DNA of 64,000 nucleotides from an uncultured Actinomycetota bacterium (GCA_963849475.1 CAWKHC010000005.1:164903-228902); one strand, 5' to 3'; positions 51,698-64,000 are shown, counted from the stretch's first letter. Made by a program: numbers and translations. Notes: generated from the letters alone by a model not told the origin.

Positions 51698-52702
51698 CTA
51701 GTCGGCAGCTGGTGGTGGCTTCGGTCGGCGGTCCTCAAACGTCACCTCGACGGACTGGAAGCCCTTGTGCCGTTGCGACTTGGCGTACGCGGCGTACGCC
51801 TTCTGGTCCGCCTCCGTGAGCACGACGTTGTCGGTGAACGGGGTGAGCAGCGCGCGGGGATAGAGCTTGCGAGCCGTGACGACATTGACCTCCAGGCCGA
51901 TCACCATGGTGACGGCGGCGAGGAAGATGAATGCCATGAGACCGAGGACCAGCGCGAACGTGGAGTTCATCGAGCTCGCCTTCTGGATGACGTTCTCGAC
52001 GAAGGACTGACCGCCGAGCTGCAACAGCTGCCACAGGACAGCGGTCGTGGCTGCGCCGGGCAGGACCGCCCTCCAGCGCCCGCGACCACCACTCACGAGA
52101 CGGAAGAGTCCGCCGAAGATCACGATGCTCAGCAGGAAGCCGACGATCTTGATCGCGAGGCGGAACTCGCTCGCCACGCCCACCCCGATCTGGTCGGGGT
52201 TGCTGAACACCGTCGTCGTGACGGCGATCAGGAGGATGCCGACACCGCTGGCCGCGAGGAAGAAGATGCTGCGGAGCCGGAGCAGGACCGGGTTGGCCCG
52301 GCTGTTGCGCGGAACCGACCAGGCGATGTTGGCGGCGTTCTGGCTGGCCTGACCGAGGCCCATCGAGCCGTAGAGCGCCGCCAGCGAACCGATGACGATG
52401 GCCGTGGTGCTGCCGTTCAGGTCGTCGGGGCGGCCCAGCGCGTCACCGACGATCGGGAACTGACTGAGGGCGGAGTCGAGCAGCCGGTCGCGCAGATCCT
52501 GGTCGCCCTGCAGCACGAAGCCGAGGATCGACGACGAGATCAGCAGCAGCGGGAAGATCGCGATGAATGCGTAGTAGGAGATGATCGCCGCGAGATAGGG
52601 GCCCTGGTCGTCGAAGTACTTGTAGATCACGGCGATCGGGAACCCGAGGATCGCGTGCTTGCGCTGAAAGGCGTCGATCCGCCCAATGCTTGGCTCGCTC
52701 AC
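51698..52702 (-). CDS. YihY/BrkB family membrane protein
   Basis: DAFQRKH, KYFDDQG, YYAFIAIFPLL, LYPRAL; GTGA overlap with the upstream gene. Confidence 0.9.
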   Translation of the reverse strand: MSEPSIGRIDAFQRKHAILGFPIAVIYKYFDDQGPYLAAIISYYAFIAIFPLLLISSSILGFVLQGDQDLRDRLLDSALSQFPIVGDALGRPDDLNGSTTAIVIGSLAALYGSMGLGQASQNAANIAWSVPRNSRANPVLLRLRSIFFLAASGVGILLIAVTTTVFSNPDQIGVGVASEFRLAIKIVGFLLSIVIFGGLFRLVSGGRGRWRAVLPGAATTAVLWQLLQLGGQSFVENVIQKASSMNSTFALVLGLMAFIFLAAVTMVIGLEVNVVTARKLYPRALLTPFTDNVVLTEADQKAYAAYAKSQRHKGFQSVEVTFEDRRPKPPPAAD

Positions 52703-53076
52703 GGGAGGTGGGGTCCGAGCGCTGCGACGAGAGCGTTGAAGCGCGGCTCGTCGAGCACGGAGCCCTCTCGACGTACGTCGGCCGGATCCACGACGAGAAA
52801 GCGATCGAGTCTGACCTCGCTCGGTCGACCTTTGGAGTCCCACGGGCCCGGGCCGAGGTTGTACCAATAGCGGCCGACCGACGCTTCGTTCGCCATGTTG
52901 CGATCGTGGTCGACCGAGGTCATCATCAAGCCGATCAGCTTGTCGCCGTCGCGCGATATGAGGAGCACCGGACGGTCCTTGCCCTGGTTGGGATCGTCCT
53001 CGTAGGCAACCCAGGTCCAGACGACTTCACCGGGATCCGGCCGACCGTCCGGATGCGGGTCGTACGCGATGTTCAC
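52699..53076 (-). CDS. PemK/MazF-like family protein
   Basis: PGEVVWTWVAYEDDP..GKDRPVL, G.WD..GRPSEVRLDR, RREG. Confidence 0.8.
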   Translation of the reverse strand: MNIAYDPHPDGRPDPGEVVWTWVAYEDDPNQGKDRPVLLISRDGDKLIGLMMTSVDHDRNMANEASVGRYWYNLGPGPWDSKGRPSEVRLDRFLVVDPADVRREGSVLDEPRFNALVAALGPHLP

Positions 53077-53097
53077 GCCGTCAGCCTAGTGGCGAGG

Positions 53098-54693
53098 TCA
53101 CTCGAATGAAGGGAGCTCGCGCTTCATGACCTTGCCGGTGGGATTGCGGGGCAGCTCGTCGAGGAACATCGTTCGCCCCGGAACCGCGAACCGTGCGACG
53201 TGGTCCTTGGCGTACGCCTTGACGTCATCCTCGGTCAGCGACTTGCCGTCCTTGACCACGACGTACGCCGCCAGCACCTGGCCGAACTTCTCGTCGTCGA
53301 TGCCGGTGACCACGACATCGACGATGTCCTCGTGATCGATCAGCACATCCTCGAGCTCACGCGGGAACACGTTCTCACCGCCGGAGATGATCATGTCGTC
53401 GTCACGGCCCGACACGAACAGGCGCCCGTTCTCGTCGAAGTGCCCGAGATCGCCGGTGCTCATGAGCCCGTCGGCGAACGTCTTGGTGTTGCCGTCGGTG
53501 TAGCCGCCGAACGGCATGTCGTTGCCGACATGGATGACGCCGGTCTCGCCCTGCGGCAGCTCCTTGCCATCGGGGTCCAGGATCTTGACCGTCGTACGGA
53601 AGGGCGGGGTGCCGGCGGTGCCGGGAGCCTCTCGCAGGTCGGTCGGGCTGGCGATCGTGACCCAACCGGTCTCGGTCGCTCCGTAGAAGTTGTAGACCGA
53701 GTCGGTGAACATGTCCATGTAGTGGTTGGCCAGCTCGCCAGCCAGCGCCGAGCCGCTGCTCGCGGTGATCTTGAGCGACGACACGTCGGCCTTCTTGACC
53801 ACATCGGGGTCGACCTCGACCATGCGCTGCATCATCTGCGGGACGACAACGAGTGCGTCGGCCTTGTGCTGCTCGATGTCGCCGATGACCTTTGCGGCAT
53901 CGAAACGGCGACGCAGGACGTACGTGGGCGCGAGCGAGAGCCCGAAGCCGAAGTTGATCAGGCCCCACGAGTGGAACAGCGGAGCCGCGAGGACGATCCG
54001 CGAGTTGCCGCGATAGGGAATTGCGCCGAAGAACGCGACCAGCGGTTTGAGGTCGGCCGGCTCCTCGCGCTTGGCGCCCTTGGGCAGCCCCGTCGTGCCC
54101 GAGGTGAAGATGATGATCTGGCCATGACGTGACGGCTTGGAGTGCGGCTTGGTCGGCTGGTTGGCGCTGATCGAAGCGATCGTCTCGAGCTCGGCCGGGG
54201 CATCGTCGTCGGCCCACGCCAGGATCAGCTTGTCGGGATCGACATCGGCGGCGACCTTCAGGAACTCCTGGTCGACGACCACGAGCGCGGCGTTCTCACG
54301 CTTGGCGAGCTCACCCAGCTGCGATCTGCTGGCCATCGTGTTGAGCATCAGCACTCGCCCGCCGACCTGCATGATCGCGATCATCGCCATCAACATGTAG
54401 CGGTGGTTGCGGCACAGGAGCGCGACCGAGTCGCCGGGCTCCACGCCGCGATCCTTGAGCGCCTGGGTGACCTGGTTGATCTTGGCGGAGAACTCCGACC
54501 ACGTCAGGTCGCCCTCGTCGTCGATGATCGCCGGCTGGTTGGGGAAGCGCTTGGCGGCCGCGTTGACGCCGGACGGCAGTCCGGGACCCCACTTGACGAG
54601 CTGCAGACCCGCGCCCAGCATCTTGTGCGGCAGGATCGGCTTGAGCATCCCGATCTGGCGGAAGACCTTGAGTGTAAATCCCAGTTCATTCAC
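53098..54693 (-). CDS. Acyl-CoA synthetase (AMP-binding; FadD2/FadD12-like)
   Basis: FTSGTTGLPKG, YGATE, TGDLG, GRDDDMIISGGENV, PRNPTGK. Confidence 0.93.
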   Translation of the reverse strand: MNELGFTLKVFRQIGMLKPILPHKMLGAGLQLVKWGPGLPSGVNAAAKRFPNQPAIIDDEGDLTWSEFSAKINQVTQALKDRGVEPGDSVALLCRNHRYMLMAMIAIMQVGGRVLMLNTMASRSQLGELAKRENAALVVVDQEFLKVAADVDPDKLILAWADDDAPAELETIASISANQPTKPHSKPSRHGQIIIFTSGTTGLPKGAKREEPADLKPLVAFFGAIPYRGNSRIVLAAPLFHSWGLINFGFGLSLAPTYVLRRRFDAAKVIGDIEQHKADALVVVPQMMQRMVEVDPDVVKKADVSSLKITASSGSALAGELANHYMDMFTDSVYNFYGATETGWVTIASPTDLREAPGTAGTPPFRTTVKILDPDGKELPQGETGVIHVGNDMPFGGYTDGNTKTFADGLMSTGDLGHFDENGRLFVSGRDDDMIISGGENVFPRELEDVLIDHEDIVDVVVTGIDDEKFGQVLAAYVVVKDGKSLTEDDVKAYAKDHVARFAVPGRTMFLDELPRNPTGKVMKRELPSFE

Positions 54694-54824
54694 TAGAGCA
54701 ACCTAACGGCTCACGCATTCCGGCGCATGAAGAGCACGCTTGCTCACCGGTGGGGCTGCGTGACATTCACGCCTCCAACGACCCGAATCCGTAACTTTTG
54801 GCGTCTCAGGGCAGTTGGATGTCC

Positions 54825-57470
54825 ATGACTCAGACCCGAGCTTGGAACCGCACGTTTGTCTGGCGCGCCGCCCTGGGCGCCGTCCTGGTTGCGACCTTCG
54901 TCCTCGGCGTCGGCGACACCTCGGCGGACGCTGCGTCATCCACGGTCAAGCTTCAGATCGGCTCGAGCAGCCAGAAGCGTATCCTCGAGACCGGCAAGCT
55001 CACCGTCCGAGTTTCCACAAGTCACCACCGTGGCTCGGTACGTCTGCGGGGATATGTCGCAGGGGTGCGCGTTGCCACCGACCGCAACTACCGCCTGCGG
55101 TCTGGAACACACAGCACGAGTCTCACCCTGACGTCAGCGGGCCGACGCCTCGTTGCCCGGTGCACGGAGGGACGCCGGCTCCAGCTGACGGCCAAGAGCT
55201 CAAACCCGAAGATCAGCGCCTCGAAGTCGAGCATCCTGACGATTGATTCGCGCGCCTGCGACGAGCCGGTCGGCGGCACCGCTCCCGCACCCTCCATGGC
55301 CAACGCTGACCGCTGTGACTACCTCGACGGCGCGGTGTGCTTGCAGCCCTGGCCCAACGACTACTTCACCGTGCCCGACTCAACGACTCCCACCGGTCGG
55401 CGACTGAATCTCAATCGCAAGTCCATGCCGGCCAACAGGCTGGGCACGCACATCGACCCGGTCGACTACAACCGTGCCGACGGCTTCAGCCCCGGCAACA
55501 TGGTGATCGCGAAGGTTCCGGGCCTGGAAACGCCCGCCGCGTTCACCAGGACCGGCGCGGTGCCGGTGAACGACATGGCTCGCTATGCGGATGCTGACCA
55601 GCCCATCGTCGTGATCGACGCCAAGACTGGCAAGCGCCAGCCGATCTTCACCGAGCTCGACGCAAACCCGAAGGACCCGTCAGACGTCAACCTGATCATC
55701 CGGCCCACCGTCAACTTCGACGAGGGTGGGCACTACATCGTCGCGATGCGCAACCTCAAGGACGCAGCCGGGAACACGATTCAGCCCGCCGCGGCGTTCA
55801 CGGACTATCGCGACCGGCTGGTGACTCCCGACGCGACTTTCGAGGCGCGACGTCCCCACATGGAGGACCTGTTCCACACCCTCCAGGACTCCGGCATCAA
55901 GCGGAAGAACCTTTACCTGGCCTGGGACTTCACGGTGGCCAGCGAGCACAGCCTGTCCAGTCGAATGCTCTCCATGCGCGACGACGCATTCCATCAGCTC
56001 GGGGACGACAACCTGGCTGACCTGAAGGTTCAAGGTGCGGCGCCGACCTTCTCGATCACCAAGGTCACCGACCTCGCGCCCTGCGGCGCAGACGGTTGCG
56101 CCGGCGAAACTGATCTCGGCGGTGTACCCAACGCTGGGCAGGTGTGCGGCGTGCTCAACACCGTTGCCACGATTGTGCCGTTGCTTGCTGGGATCAATTG
56201 CGCGGCACTCCCCGGTCACACACCCGGCGAGAGCGACAACATCGCACGGCACATCGAGGGCAAGGTCACCGTCCCCTGTTACCTCAACATCGCGGGCTGC
56301 CCTACCGGTGCGGAGTTCGCGCTTGACGGCAACGGCAAGCCCACGCGCAACGGGGATGCTACCGCCGCCTTCATCTGCAACATCCCACGCTCCGCCAACG
56401 CCTCCCATCCGGCCAGGGTGTCCCTCTACGGCCACGGACTTCTCGGCTCGGCCGACGAAGTCAGCGGCGGCAACGTCACCGACATGAGCAATGAGAACAA
56501 CTTCATGTTCTGTGCCACGGACTGGGCCGGATTTGCGACGCAGGACCTGGCGACCATCCTGCTCAACCTGCAGGACCTTTCACACTTCAACCGGGTGATT
56601 GACCGCATCCAACAGGGATTCCTCAATTTCGATTTCCTCGGGCGCGCCATGATCCATTCGGCCGGATTCGCCTCAAACCCCGCCTTCCAGAACGCTGACG
56701 GCCATCCAGTGATCGACAACCGGCGGCTGTTCTATGACGGCAACAGCCAGGGCGGGATCATGGGCGGCGGGTTGACCGCCCAGGCGCCGGACTTCAACCG
56801 CGCCGTGCTCGGCGTCCCGGGCATGAACTATTCGACACTGCTGGAGCGCAGCAAGGACTTCACGCCCTACGCCGAGGGCAAGTTGCTGGGCGACGTCGAC
56901 GGCAGTCTCTCAGACGTCGACACTCCGCTCGGGCTCTACGACAACTATCCCAACGATCTGGAACGACCGTTGATCTTCAGTCTCATGCAGCTTCTCTGGG
57001 ATCGCGGCGAAGCCAATGGATACGCACACCACATGACCACCGACCCGCTGCCCAACACACCGGCGCACACTGTTCTGCTCCACGCCGCGTTCGGCGATCA
57101 CCAGGTGTCAAACCTTGCCGCCGAGACGGCGGCTCGTACGATCGGCGCGAAGCTGCGGGCTCCGGCACTGGACCCAGGCCGCAGCACCATCGACGACACG
57201 TTCGGCCTCTCGACGATCACGGGCTACCCGTTCGCTGGCTCGGCCCTCGTGTTCTGGGACGGCGGTCCGCAATCCTTCCCGGGCGGCACCGCACCAGCGC
57301 CGATCACCGACACACCACCGGGCCCATCGCAGGGCGGTGACCCGCACAGCTATCCGCGCAACACCTTCGACGCGCGCAGGCAGAAGGCGGCATTCCTGGC
57401 GTTGAACGGGTCGCTCATCAACGTCTGTGGCGTGCGCCCGTGTTACTCACACGGCTATCCGGGGCCGTAG
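54825..57470 (+). CDS. Large secreted alpha/beta-hydrolase with N-terminal accessory domains
   Basis: Signal peptide, [23 protein letters not shown], nucleophile GNSQGG, GDHQV, DPH. Confidence 0.8.
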   Translation: MTQTRAWNRTFVWRAALGAVLVATFVLGVGDTSADAASSTVKLQIGSSSQKRILETGKLTVRVSTSHHRGSVRLRGYVAGVRVATDRNYRLRSGTHSTSLTLTSAGRRLVARCTEGRRLQLTAKSSNPKISASKSSILTIDSRACDEPVGGTAPAPSMANADRCDYLDGAVCLQPWPNDYFTVPDSTTPTGRRLNLNRKSMPANRLGTHIDPVDYNRADGFSPGNMVIAKVPGLETPAAFTRTGAVPVNDMARYADADQPIVVIDAKTGKRQPIFTELDANPKDPSDVNLIIRPTVNFDEGGHYIVAMRNLKDAAGNTIQPAAAFTDYRDRLVTPDATFEARRPHMEDLFHTLQDSGIKRKNLYLAWDFTVASEHSLSSRMLSMRDDAFHQLGDDNLADLKVQGAAPTFSITKVTDLAPCGADGCAGETDLGGVPNAGQVCGVLNTVATIVPLLAGINCAALPGHTPGESDNIARHIEGKVTVPCYLNIAGCPTGAEFALDGNGKPTRNGDATAAFICNIPRSANASHPARVSLYGHGLLGSADEVSGGNVTDMSNENNFMFCATDWAGFATQDLATILLNLQDLSHFNRVIDRIQQGFLNFDFLGRAMIHSAGFASNPAFQNADGHPVIDNRRLFYDGNSQGGIMGGGLTAQAPDFNRAVLGVPGMNYSTLLERSKDFTPYAEGKLLGDVDGSLSDVDTPLGLYDNYPNDLERPLIFSLMQLLWDRGEANGYAHHMTTDPLPNTPAHTVLLHAAFGDHQVSNLAAETAARTIGAKLRAPALDPGRSTIDDTFGLSTITGYPFAGSALVFWDGGPQSFPGGTAPAPITDTPPGPSQGGDPHSYPRNTFDARRQKAAFLALNGSLINVCGVRPCYSHGYPGP

Positions 57471-57507
57471 TTCGGCCGCGGGCCCGACTCGGGCATACCG
57501 TTCGGGT

Positions 57508-58353
57508 ATGACCGAGGGATTCAGACCGATCGAGGACGGGGTCGCGACCGACCTGCGCGGCGAGATGACGTACGCGAGCTATCTGCAGCTGCCGACGCTC
57601 CTGTCGGCGCAGCAGCCGGTGTCGGACCACCACGACGAGATGCTGTTCGTGATCCAGCACCAGGTCACCGAGCTGTGGCTCAAACAGCTGATCCACGAGC
57701 TGCGCTCGGCCATCGCGCTCATCGCCGCCGACGACCTGCCGCCGGCGCTCAAGCGACTGGCAAGGGTCAAGGCGATCCAGCGCCAGATGTTCGAGCAGTG
57801 GGCCGTGCTGGAGACGCTCACACCGATCGAGTACGCGCAGTTCCGCGATCAGCTCGGCAAGGCTTCGGGCTTCCAGTCCCCGCAGTACCGCACCGTCGAG
57901 TTCCTGCTCGGCAACAAGAACCCGCAGATGATCAAGGTCTTCGAGCATGACGAGTCGCTCCGCGCTGCGCTGCAGGCGGACCTCGAGGCGCCAAGCCTGT
58001 ACGACGAGTTCCTCCGCTTCCTGGGCCGCCGAGGCCACGCCGTTCCGACGCACATCCTCGAACGCGACGTCACCCAGCCGTACGCGGCGGATCCCGGTGT
58101 CATCGAGGTGTTGCGCCGGATCTACGACTCCCCAGACACGTACTGGGATGCCTACGAGATGAGCGAGGAGCTCGTCGACGTCGAGGGCAGCTTTCAGCTG
58201 TGGCGCTTCCGACACCTCAAGACCGTCGAACGAATCATCGGCTTCAAGCGCGGGACCGGCGGCTCATCTGGCGTCAACTTCCTCCAGAAGGCACTTGAGC
58301 TCACCTTTTTTCCAGAACTCCTGGATGTGCGAACGCACATCGGCGCACCTTAG
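57508..58353 (+). CDS. kynA: Tryptophan 2,3-dioxygenase
   Basis: [49 protein letters not shown]. Confidence 0.96.
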   Translation: MTEGFRPIEDGVATDLRGEMTYASYLQLPTLLSAQQPVSDHHDEMLFVIQHQVTELWLKQLIHELRSAIALIAADDLPPALKRLARVKAIQRQMFEQWAVLETLTPIEYAQFRDQLGKASGFQSPQYRTVEFLLGNKNPQMIKVFEHDESLRAALQADLEAPSLYDEFLRFLGRRGHAVPTHILERDVTQPYAADPGVIEVLRRIYDSPDTYWDAYEMSEELVDVEGSFQLWRFRHLKTVERIIGFKRGTGGSSGVNFLQKALELTFFPELLDVRTHIGAP

Positions 58354-59075
58354 GGCGTGTCTGCCTCGGTCCAGCCCACGTTCTCTCGAACGACCCGGGC
58401 AGGAATACCGGCCACCGCGGCATAGTCTGCGATCTTCTGCCCGCGGACCAGGCTGAGCTGAGCGACCACGACACCATCGCCAACGTCGCAGTGACCGGTG
58501 ATCACCGCATCCCGACCCAGCCACACGTGACTCCCGATGCGGATGTGCGCCCCGTACGGATTGATCCGCTCACCCGTTGTGCGGTCCTCGAGGCGATGCA
58601 TGTCGTCGGTGGCGACGTAGACGTTGGCCGCCCACAGCTGGTCTGGGCCGGCCACGATGCTGCCACCGTTGCGCGCGTCGATGATGGCGCACCGAGTCGC
58701 TGTGACGGGTCCATGGAGCACCACGGTTGACTCCGCGCCGCAGTACACCTCCCCCGCCGTCAGCTTGACGTTCTGATCGATGAAGACGATGGCATCGTCC
58801 CCTCCGATCAACAGGGATCGGAAAAGGTGCATCTCTGAGCCGATGGCGATCAGGACGTTGCGCACAGGGAACATCGTGAGTGTCTCGATGATCTCGTCGG
58901 CGAGGTTGGCTCCCTCCGCGAAGTAGAGCACGTTGCCGTCCTCGTGCCACCACGCGGGGAGCGACTCCGTCACCGCTCGCCATTCGGCGACGTCGAGCGA
59001 CTCCGCGTCGACGCCGGCCGCGCGAAGACGACCGCGGTGTTCAGCAGTCATCAGCTTGCCACGGGTGTTGTTCAC
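58350..59075 (-). CDS. Hexapeptide-repeat (LbH) acyltransferase
   Basis: TDDMH...RIN...I.IGSHVWLG...[14 protein letters not shown]. Confidence 0.8.
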   Translation of the reverse strand: MNNTRGKLMTAEHRGRLRAAGVDAESLDVAEWRAVTESLPAWWHEDGNVLYFAEGANLADEIIETLTMFPVRNVLIAIGSEMHLFRSLLIGGDDAIVFIDQNVKLTAGEVYCGAESTVVLHGPVTATRCAIIDARNGGSIVAGPDQLWAANVYVATDDMHRLEDRTTGERINPYGAHIRIGSHVWLGRDAVITGHCDVGDGVVVAQLSLVRGQKIADYAAVAGIPARVVRENVGWTEADTP

Positions 59076-59116
59076 CGCCGCATCATCTCAGACGGCAGGA
59101 CCCACGACATGAGAAA

Positions 59117-59138
59117 GGCCCTCACCGAGGTGAGGGCC
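59117..59138 (-). terminator. Intrinsic terminator of groEL
   Basis: GGCCCTCAC-CGAG-GTGAGGGCC perfect stem, followed by TTTCTC on the minus strand. Confidence 0.8.
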
Positions 59139-59160
59139 CTTCTGCGAGTTGCTGGGACTA

Positions 59161-60891
<1,731 letters not shown>

Positions 60892-60912
60892 TCATCGATC
60901 TGACCTGAGTAT

Positions 60913-60939
60913 CTAGCACTCTCATCATACGAGTGCTAA
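60913..60939. promoter_or_regulatory. CIRCE (HrcA operator)
   Basis: CTAGCACTC-N9-GAGTGCTAA upstream of groEL. Confidence 0.93.
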
Positions 60940-60958
60940 TCAACGCCGCGCAATCAGG

Positions 60959-61513
60959 TCAGCTCACGGCGTAAACCAGCTCGGCGAACTGGCCGTGCTG
61001 CTTCACGCTCTCGAGCGTCAATCGGTCCGAGCGGATGTCCCGCGGGAGCAGAGGTGCTCCCGCCCCGAGCGTGACCGGTGCGATCGTCGCGATGATCTGG
61101 TCGAGCAGTCCTGCATCGGCGAACTGACCCACGAGATCGCCGCCGCCCATCAGCCATATGTCCTTGTCGCCTGCTGCCGCGGCCATCTCGGCGTGGACCT
61201 CGGTCACCGGTGCCTGGGTGAAACGAATGTTGGCACCCTCCACGACGGGAAGATCTCGGTGCGTGAACACCCACGTTGGCTTGTCGCCGTACCACTCCGT
61301 CCACTTGGCCGGGTTGTCCACGAGTGACTCGTGCTCGACGACCCACTCGTACGTGGTCGAACCCATCGCCATCGGACCGACTCCGGCCATGAAGTCTGGG
61401 ATCGAGCTCTCCGCATCATCGGCGCCGGGCACCTCGAACAGCCACGACAGCGAGTTGTCGGGCGTTGCAAGGAAGCCGTCGAGGGTGGTGGCCGTGTAGT
61501 AGATCGTCGCCAT
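60959..61513 (-). CDS. Dihydrofolate reductase / RibD-C family protein
   Basis: ATTLDGFLA, MGSTTYEW, WLMGGG, AP..LG.G.PL. Confidence 0.9.
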   Translation of the reverse strand: MATIYYTATTLDGFLATPDNSLSWLFEVPGADDAESSIPDFMAGVGPMAMGSTTYEWVVEHESLVDNPAKWTEWYGDKPTWVFTHRDLPVVEGANIRFTQAPVTEVHAEMAAAAGDKDIWLMGGGDLVGQFADAGLLDQIIATIAPVTLGAGAPLLPRDIRSDRLTLESVKQHGQFAELVYAVS

Positions 61514-61543
61514 GACGCCACGGTACGAGACGTCGCTGACAGT

Positions 61544-62806
61544 TCAAGCCGAGAAGAGCAGGAACAACCCAGTGAACGTATAGGCGACCATCAGCACCAG
61601 CAGAGCGAGCTGCCCCGACAGGCGATGCGCCTTGGGCAGCAGGGCGAGGGCTCGATCGTGAGCCGCGACCACCGCCAGCACGTGACCGACCACGACGGCC
61701 GCCACCTTGAGGAACGCGAGCAGCGACACGTGCTCGGACAGGAAGTACGACGTTGCCGGGTCGCCCAGCGGCTCCCAGCCGCGGCCGAGCGGGTCGAGCA
61801 TCGCGATGAACGCCGACTGCCCCTTCTCGAGGAAGTAGGTCGCGTAGTGGGCGAAGATGTAGCCAATCACGATCGGTACGAGGGTGTGCGCCAGCAGACC
61901 GGGCAGTGCGCGCCGGCGCTCGGCGGTGAGACCGCCGCTGGCTCGGCTCGCCACAATGAAGAGGATCCCCACCAGCGCACAGAACCCCACCAGGGTCGCC
62001 GAGTGCTGCAGATCCGTCAGGGTCTTGGATTGCCAGAACGTGGAGGACGAGAAGCTGTCGTACGCGGTCGATCCCAGCAGCGTTCCCAGCACTGCCACCA
62101 GTCCCGGTCCGACCGGGATGGTCGGCAGCGCACGCAGCGGGTTGTGCAGCGCGAAGCGCCCCTCGCGTACGAACGGCGACATCCTGGCCACGATTGCGCT
62201 GTACACGTCGAACGGATCGGCACGGTCGAACCAGGTCGGACCGAACAACCATCCACCGACCAGCATCGCGGCGACGTAGATGCCGACCCAGATGCGTACG
62301 GTTGTGACGTCACCCGGATCGGGCGACGCAAGCTCGAGCCACGCGAAGGCCAGCAGTCCAGCGGCAGCGGGCCAGTAGCCGAGCCGCGCGGGATAGGTCA
62401 GCCGCCCGTCTCCGAGGAGTGCCTGGATCGTGCGCCACGGCGAGAGGTCCCGCCACACGTGCCCAGCCAACAGGGCAAGGGGCACGATGCCGACCCACAT
62501 CAGGATGTAGATCCAGCCGAGAGCGCTGTTGGTCTCGTTCGAGGGCCCGCCGAACAGCGCGAGCAGGAACCACGCCGTCAGCAGGGCGCCGACGACTGCG
62601 AGCCATGGACGCCGTGGCCGAGGTTCGGCGGCTACTGGATCGACGTCCGGCTTGGTGAAGCGTGGCTCTTTCCACTCGACGACAAGCACCGCGAAGGACA
62701 GCGCCAGGGCCCACGAGGCACCCACCATCGCGAACATCAGCGGGATCGGCAGATCCGTTCCACCACCGCCGATGCCGTGCTCACCCAGCCCGGAAGTGAG
62801 AATCAC
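61544..62806 (-). CDS. Conserved multi-TM membrane protein of unknown function
   Basis: HGIGG..DLPIP, LGYWPAA, WLEL, AYDS, LVPIVIGY.FAHY, GHV.AV.AAHDR, SGQ. Confidence 0.8.
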   Translation of the reverse strand: MILTSGLGEHGIGGGGTDLPIPLMFAMVGASWALALSFAVLVVEWKEPRFTKPDVDPVAAEPRPRRPWLAVVGALLTAWFLLALFGGPSNETNSALGWIYILMWVGIVPLALLAGHVWRDLSPWRTIQALLGDGRLTYPARLGYWPAAAGLLAFAWLELASPDPGDVTTVRIWVGIYVAAMLVGGWLFGPTWFDRADPFDVYSAIVARMSPFVREGRFALHNPLRALPTIPVGPGLVAVLGTLLGSTAYDSFSSSTFWQSKTLTDLQHSATLVGFCALVGILFIVASRASGGLTAERRRALPGLLAHTLVPIVIGYIFAHYATYFLEKGQSAFIAMLDPLGRGWEPLGDPATSYFLSEHVSLLAFLKVAAVVVGHVLAVVAAHDRALALLPKAHRLSGQLALLVLMVAYTFTGLFLLFSA

Positions 62807-63198
62807 GGGCGTACGACGAGCTCGACGATCGTGACGTCGAGATGATGGGCTTCCACCGCGAACTGGCCAGGTGTGTCGATCGTGAACGTGAAGGTCTTGT
62901 CGTCACCGGCGGCGACTTCGTACTCGTGCTCGGGATCCGAATGAACGTGGATCTCCTCCTCGGCGTCGGTGACGACGTGGAGGTTGATCGGCTCGCCGGG
63001 CAAGACGTCGACCTTCTCGTTCAGGGGTACGACCTCGCCGTTGACGACCTTGATCTCGACCGTCACACCCTTTGGTGCGTCGGTGGACCCGGTCGCCGCT
63101 GGCTCCGTCGTCGCCGAGTCGCTGGGCGGCTCGCTGTCGCTCCCGCAGCCCGCGAGGGTCAGGACGATCAACAGGACGGCAGCAGAGAGTGTCTTCAT
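62803..63198 (-). CDS. Cupredoxin-like His-rich lipoprotein
   Basis: Lipobox LAGC; beta-sandwich pattern with EIHVHSDPEH and PGQFAVEAHH. Confidence 0.75.
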   Translation of the reverse strand: MKTLSAAVLLIVLTLAGCGSDSEPPSDSATTEPAATGSTDAPKGVTVEIKVVNGEVVPLNEKVDVLPGEPINLHVVTDAEEEIHVHSDPEHEYEVAAGDDKTFTFTIDTPGQFAVEAHHLDVTIVELVVRP

Positions 63199-63386
63199 TC
63201 GTTCTCCTTGGTTTCGGGTTCGGGATCGAAGGCGCGCTCGATGATCTCGCGCTCGTCACGTTCGGCCAGTCGGTCCTTGCGGGCAATGTAGAGGACAACC
63301 CCCACCACGACGACGGCTGGAATGATCGCGGGGATCGCCAGCAGTGCGACGTGGTGGGCCAGCAGTACCTCGCCGGCTGGAGTCAT
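63195..63386 (-). CDS. Small single-TM protein (63 aa) with an N-terminal HH
   Basis: MTPAGEVLLAHHVALLAIPAIIPAVVVVGVVLYIARKDR...; ATGA overlaps at both ends. Confidence 0.75.
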   Translation of the reverse strand: MTPAGEVLLAHHVALLAIPAIIPAVVVVGVVLYIARKDRLAERDEREIIERAFDPEPETKENE

Positions 63387-64000
63387 GAGGTCAGCGTAGG
63401 CGTTTGCTGGTTCGTGTCCTCGTGCTCCTCGATCTTTCGTGCGACACGAGAGACCGCGACGCTGATGCCGAGGATGATGCCGAGGCTGCAGAACAGGACC
63501 ACGGCGTTCGCGATTCCCCAGAGCGCCGGCGACGTGTCGCCCTTGCGCTCGCGCTGCAGGATGTCGATCTCGGGCACGAACGTGCGGGTGAACGACGCGT
63601 CGGCGGGGACTTCCTTCGCCTTCAACGGGGCGTCCTCGGGGAGGAAGAGAGGCAGCGCCGTGAGCATGCGTCCGTCCTGCACGCGGAAGGTCGTCTTCCA
63701 GTTGCCGCCAACAGGCATGGGCTTGGTCGACTCCCAGGAGTTGTCGCCCGTACGACGGAGTCGGTCGGTGACGACGCCGGGACCGCCACCCTGCCACGCG
63801 GTGATCTGGACCCAGGTCGGGTCGTCGTCGATCAGACCTGAGGGCGAGACGGTGATCTTGGCCATCACTTCGCGTGCCTCCGGCGTACCGACTTCGGTCA
63901 GCTGGACTTCGGCAGACGCGTCGTTCGGCACGGTCGCATGCAGGCCGTTGGCCACTGCCAGAGCCGTGACCACCACCGAGCCGACGATGATCGTGCGGGC
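63383..64000 (-). CDS. Membrane protein, C-terminal part only (start is off the right edge)
   Basis: TM, extracellular domain (ITAWQGG, P.P..GNWKT..R, E..ILQRE), then a final TM; GC3-biased. Confidence 0.75.
   Translation of the reverse strand, partial: ARTIIVGSVVVTALAVANGLHATVPNDASAEVQLTEVGTPEAREVMAKITVSPSGLIDDDPTWVQITAWQGGGPGVVTDRLRRTGDNSWESTKPMPVGGNWKTTFRVQDGRMLTALPLFLPEDAPLKAKEVPADASFTRTFVPEIDILQRERKGDTSPALWGIANAVVLFCSLGIILGISVAVSRVARKIEEHEDTNQQTPTLTS

Overview
High-GC actinobacterial chromosome segment. Gene order and content suggest Nocardioidaceae (Aeromicrobium-like); this is inference, not a database result. It is mostly core and metabolic genes: eukaryote-type UGPase, 5-formyl-THF cyclo-ligase, a CNNM pair, mscL, tRNA-Arg(CCT), bacterial topoisomerase IB, an F420 cluster (fno, fbiC, fbiD, fbiB, fbiA), cfa, ideR, photolyase, pdxH, citrate synthase 2, methylmalonyl-CoA mutase with meaB, serC, cspB, kynA, groEL with CIRCE, and a truncated membrane/cupredoxin operon at the right end. 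Many genes appear leaderless. Several apparent small indels (SAF gene, fbiD, DUF1295, mutA, serC) look like assembly errors. The most unusual signals are non-coding. (1) A LexA-boxed DUF222-HNH gene splits the F420 cluster; its two flanks recur joined together about 20 kb away, and both loci are followed by units ending in a shared ~30 bp site, an integron-like layout. (2) An ~85 bp element occurs twice exactly at start codons, carrying uORF(s) translationally coupled to the host gene plus a Shine-Dalgarno. (3) A candidate two-hairpin sRNA lies under a Zur/Fur-like box.
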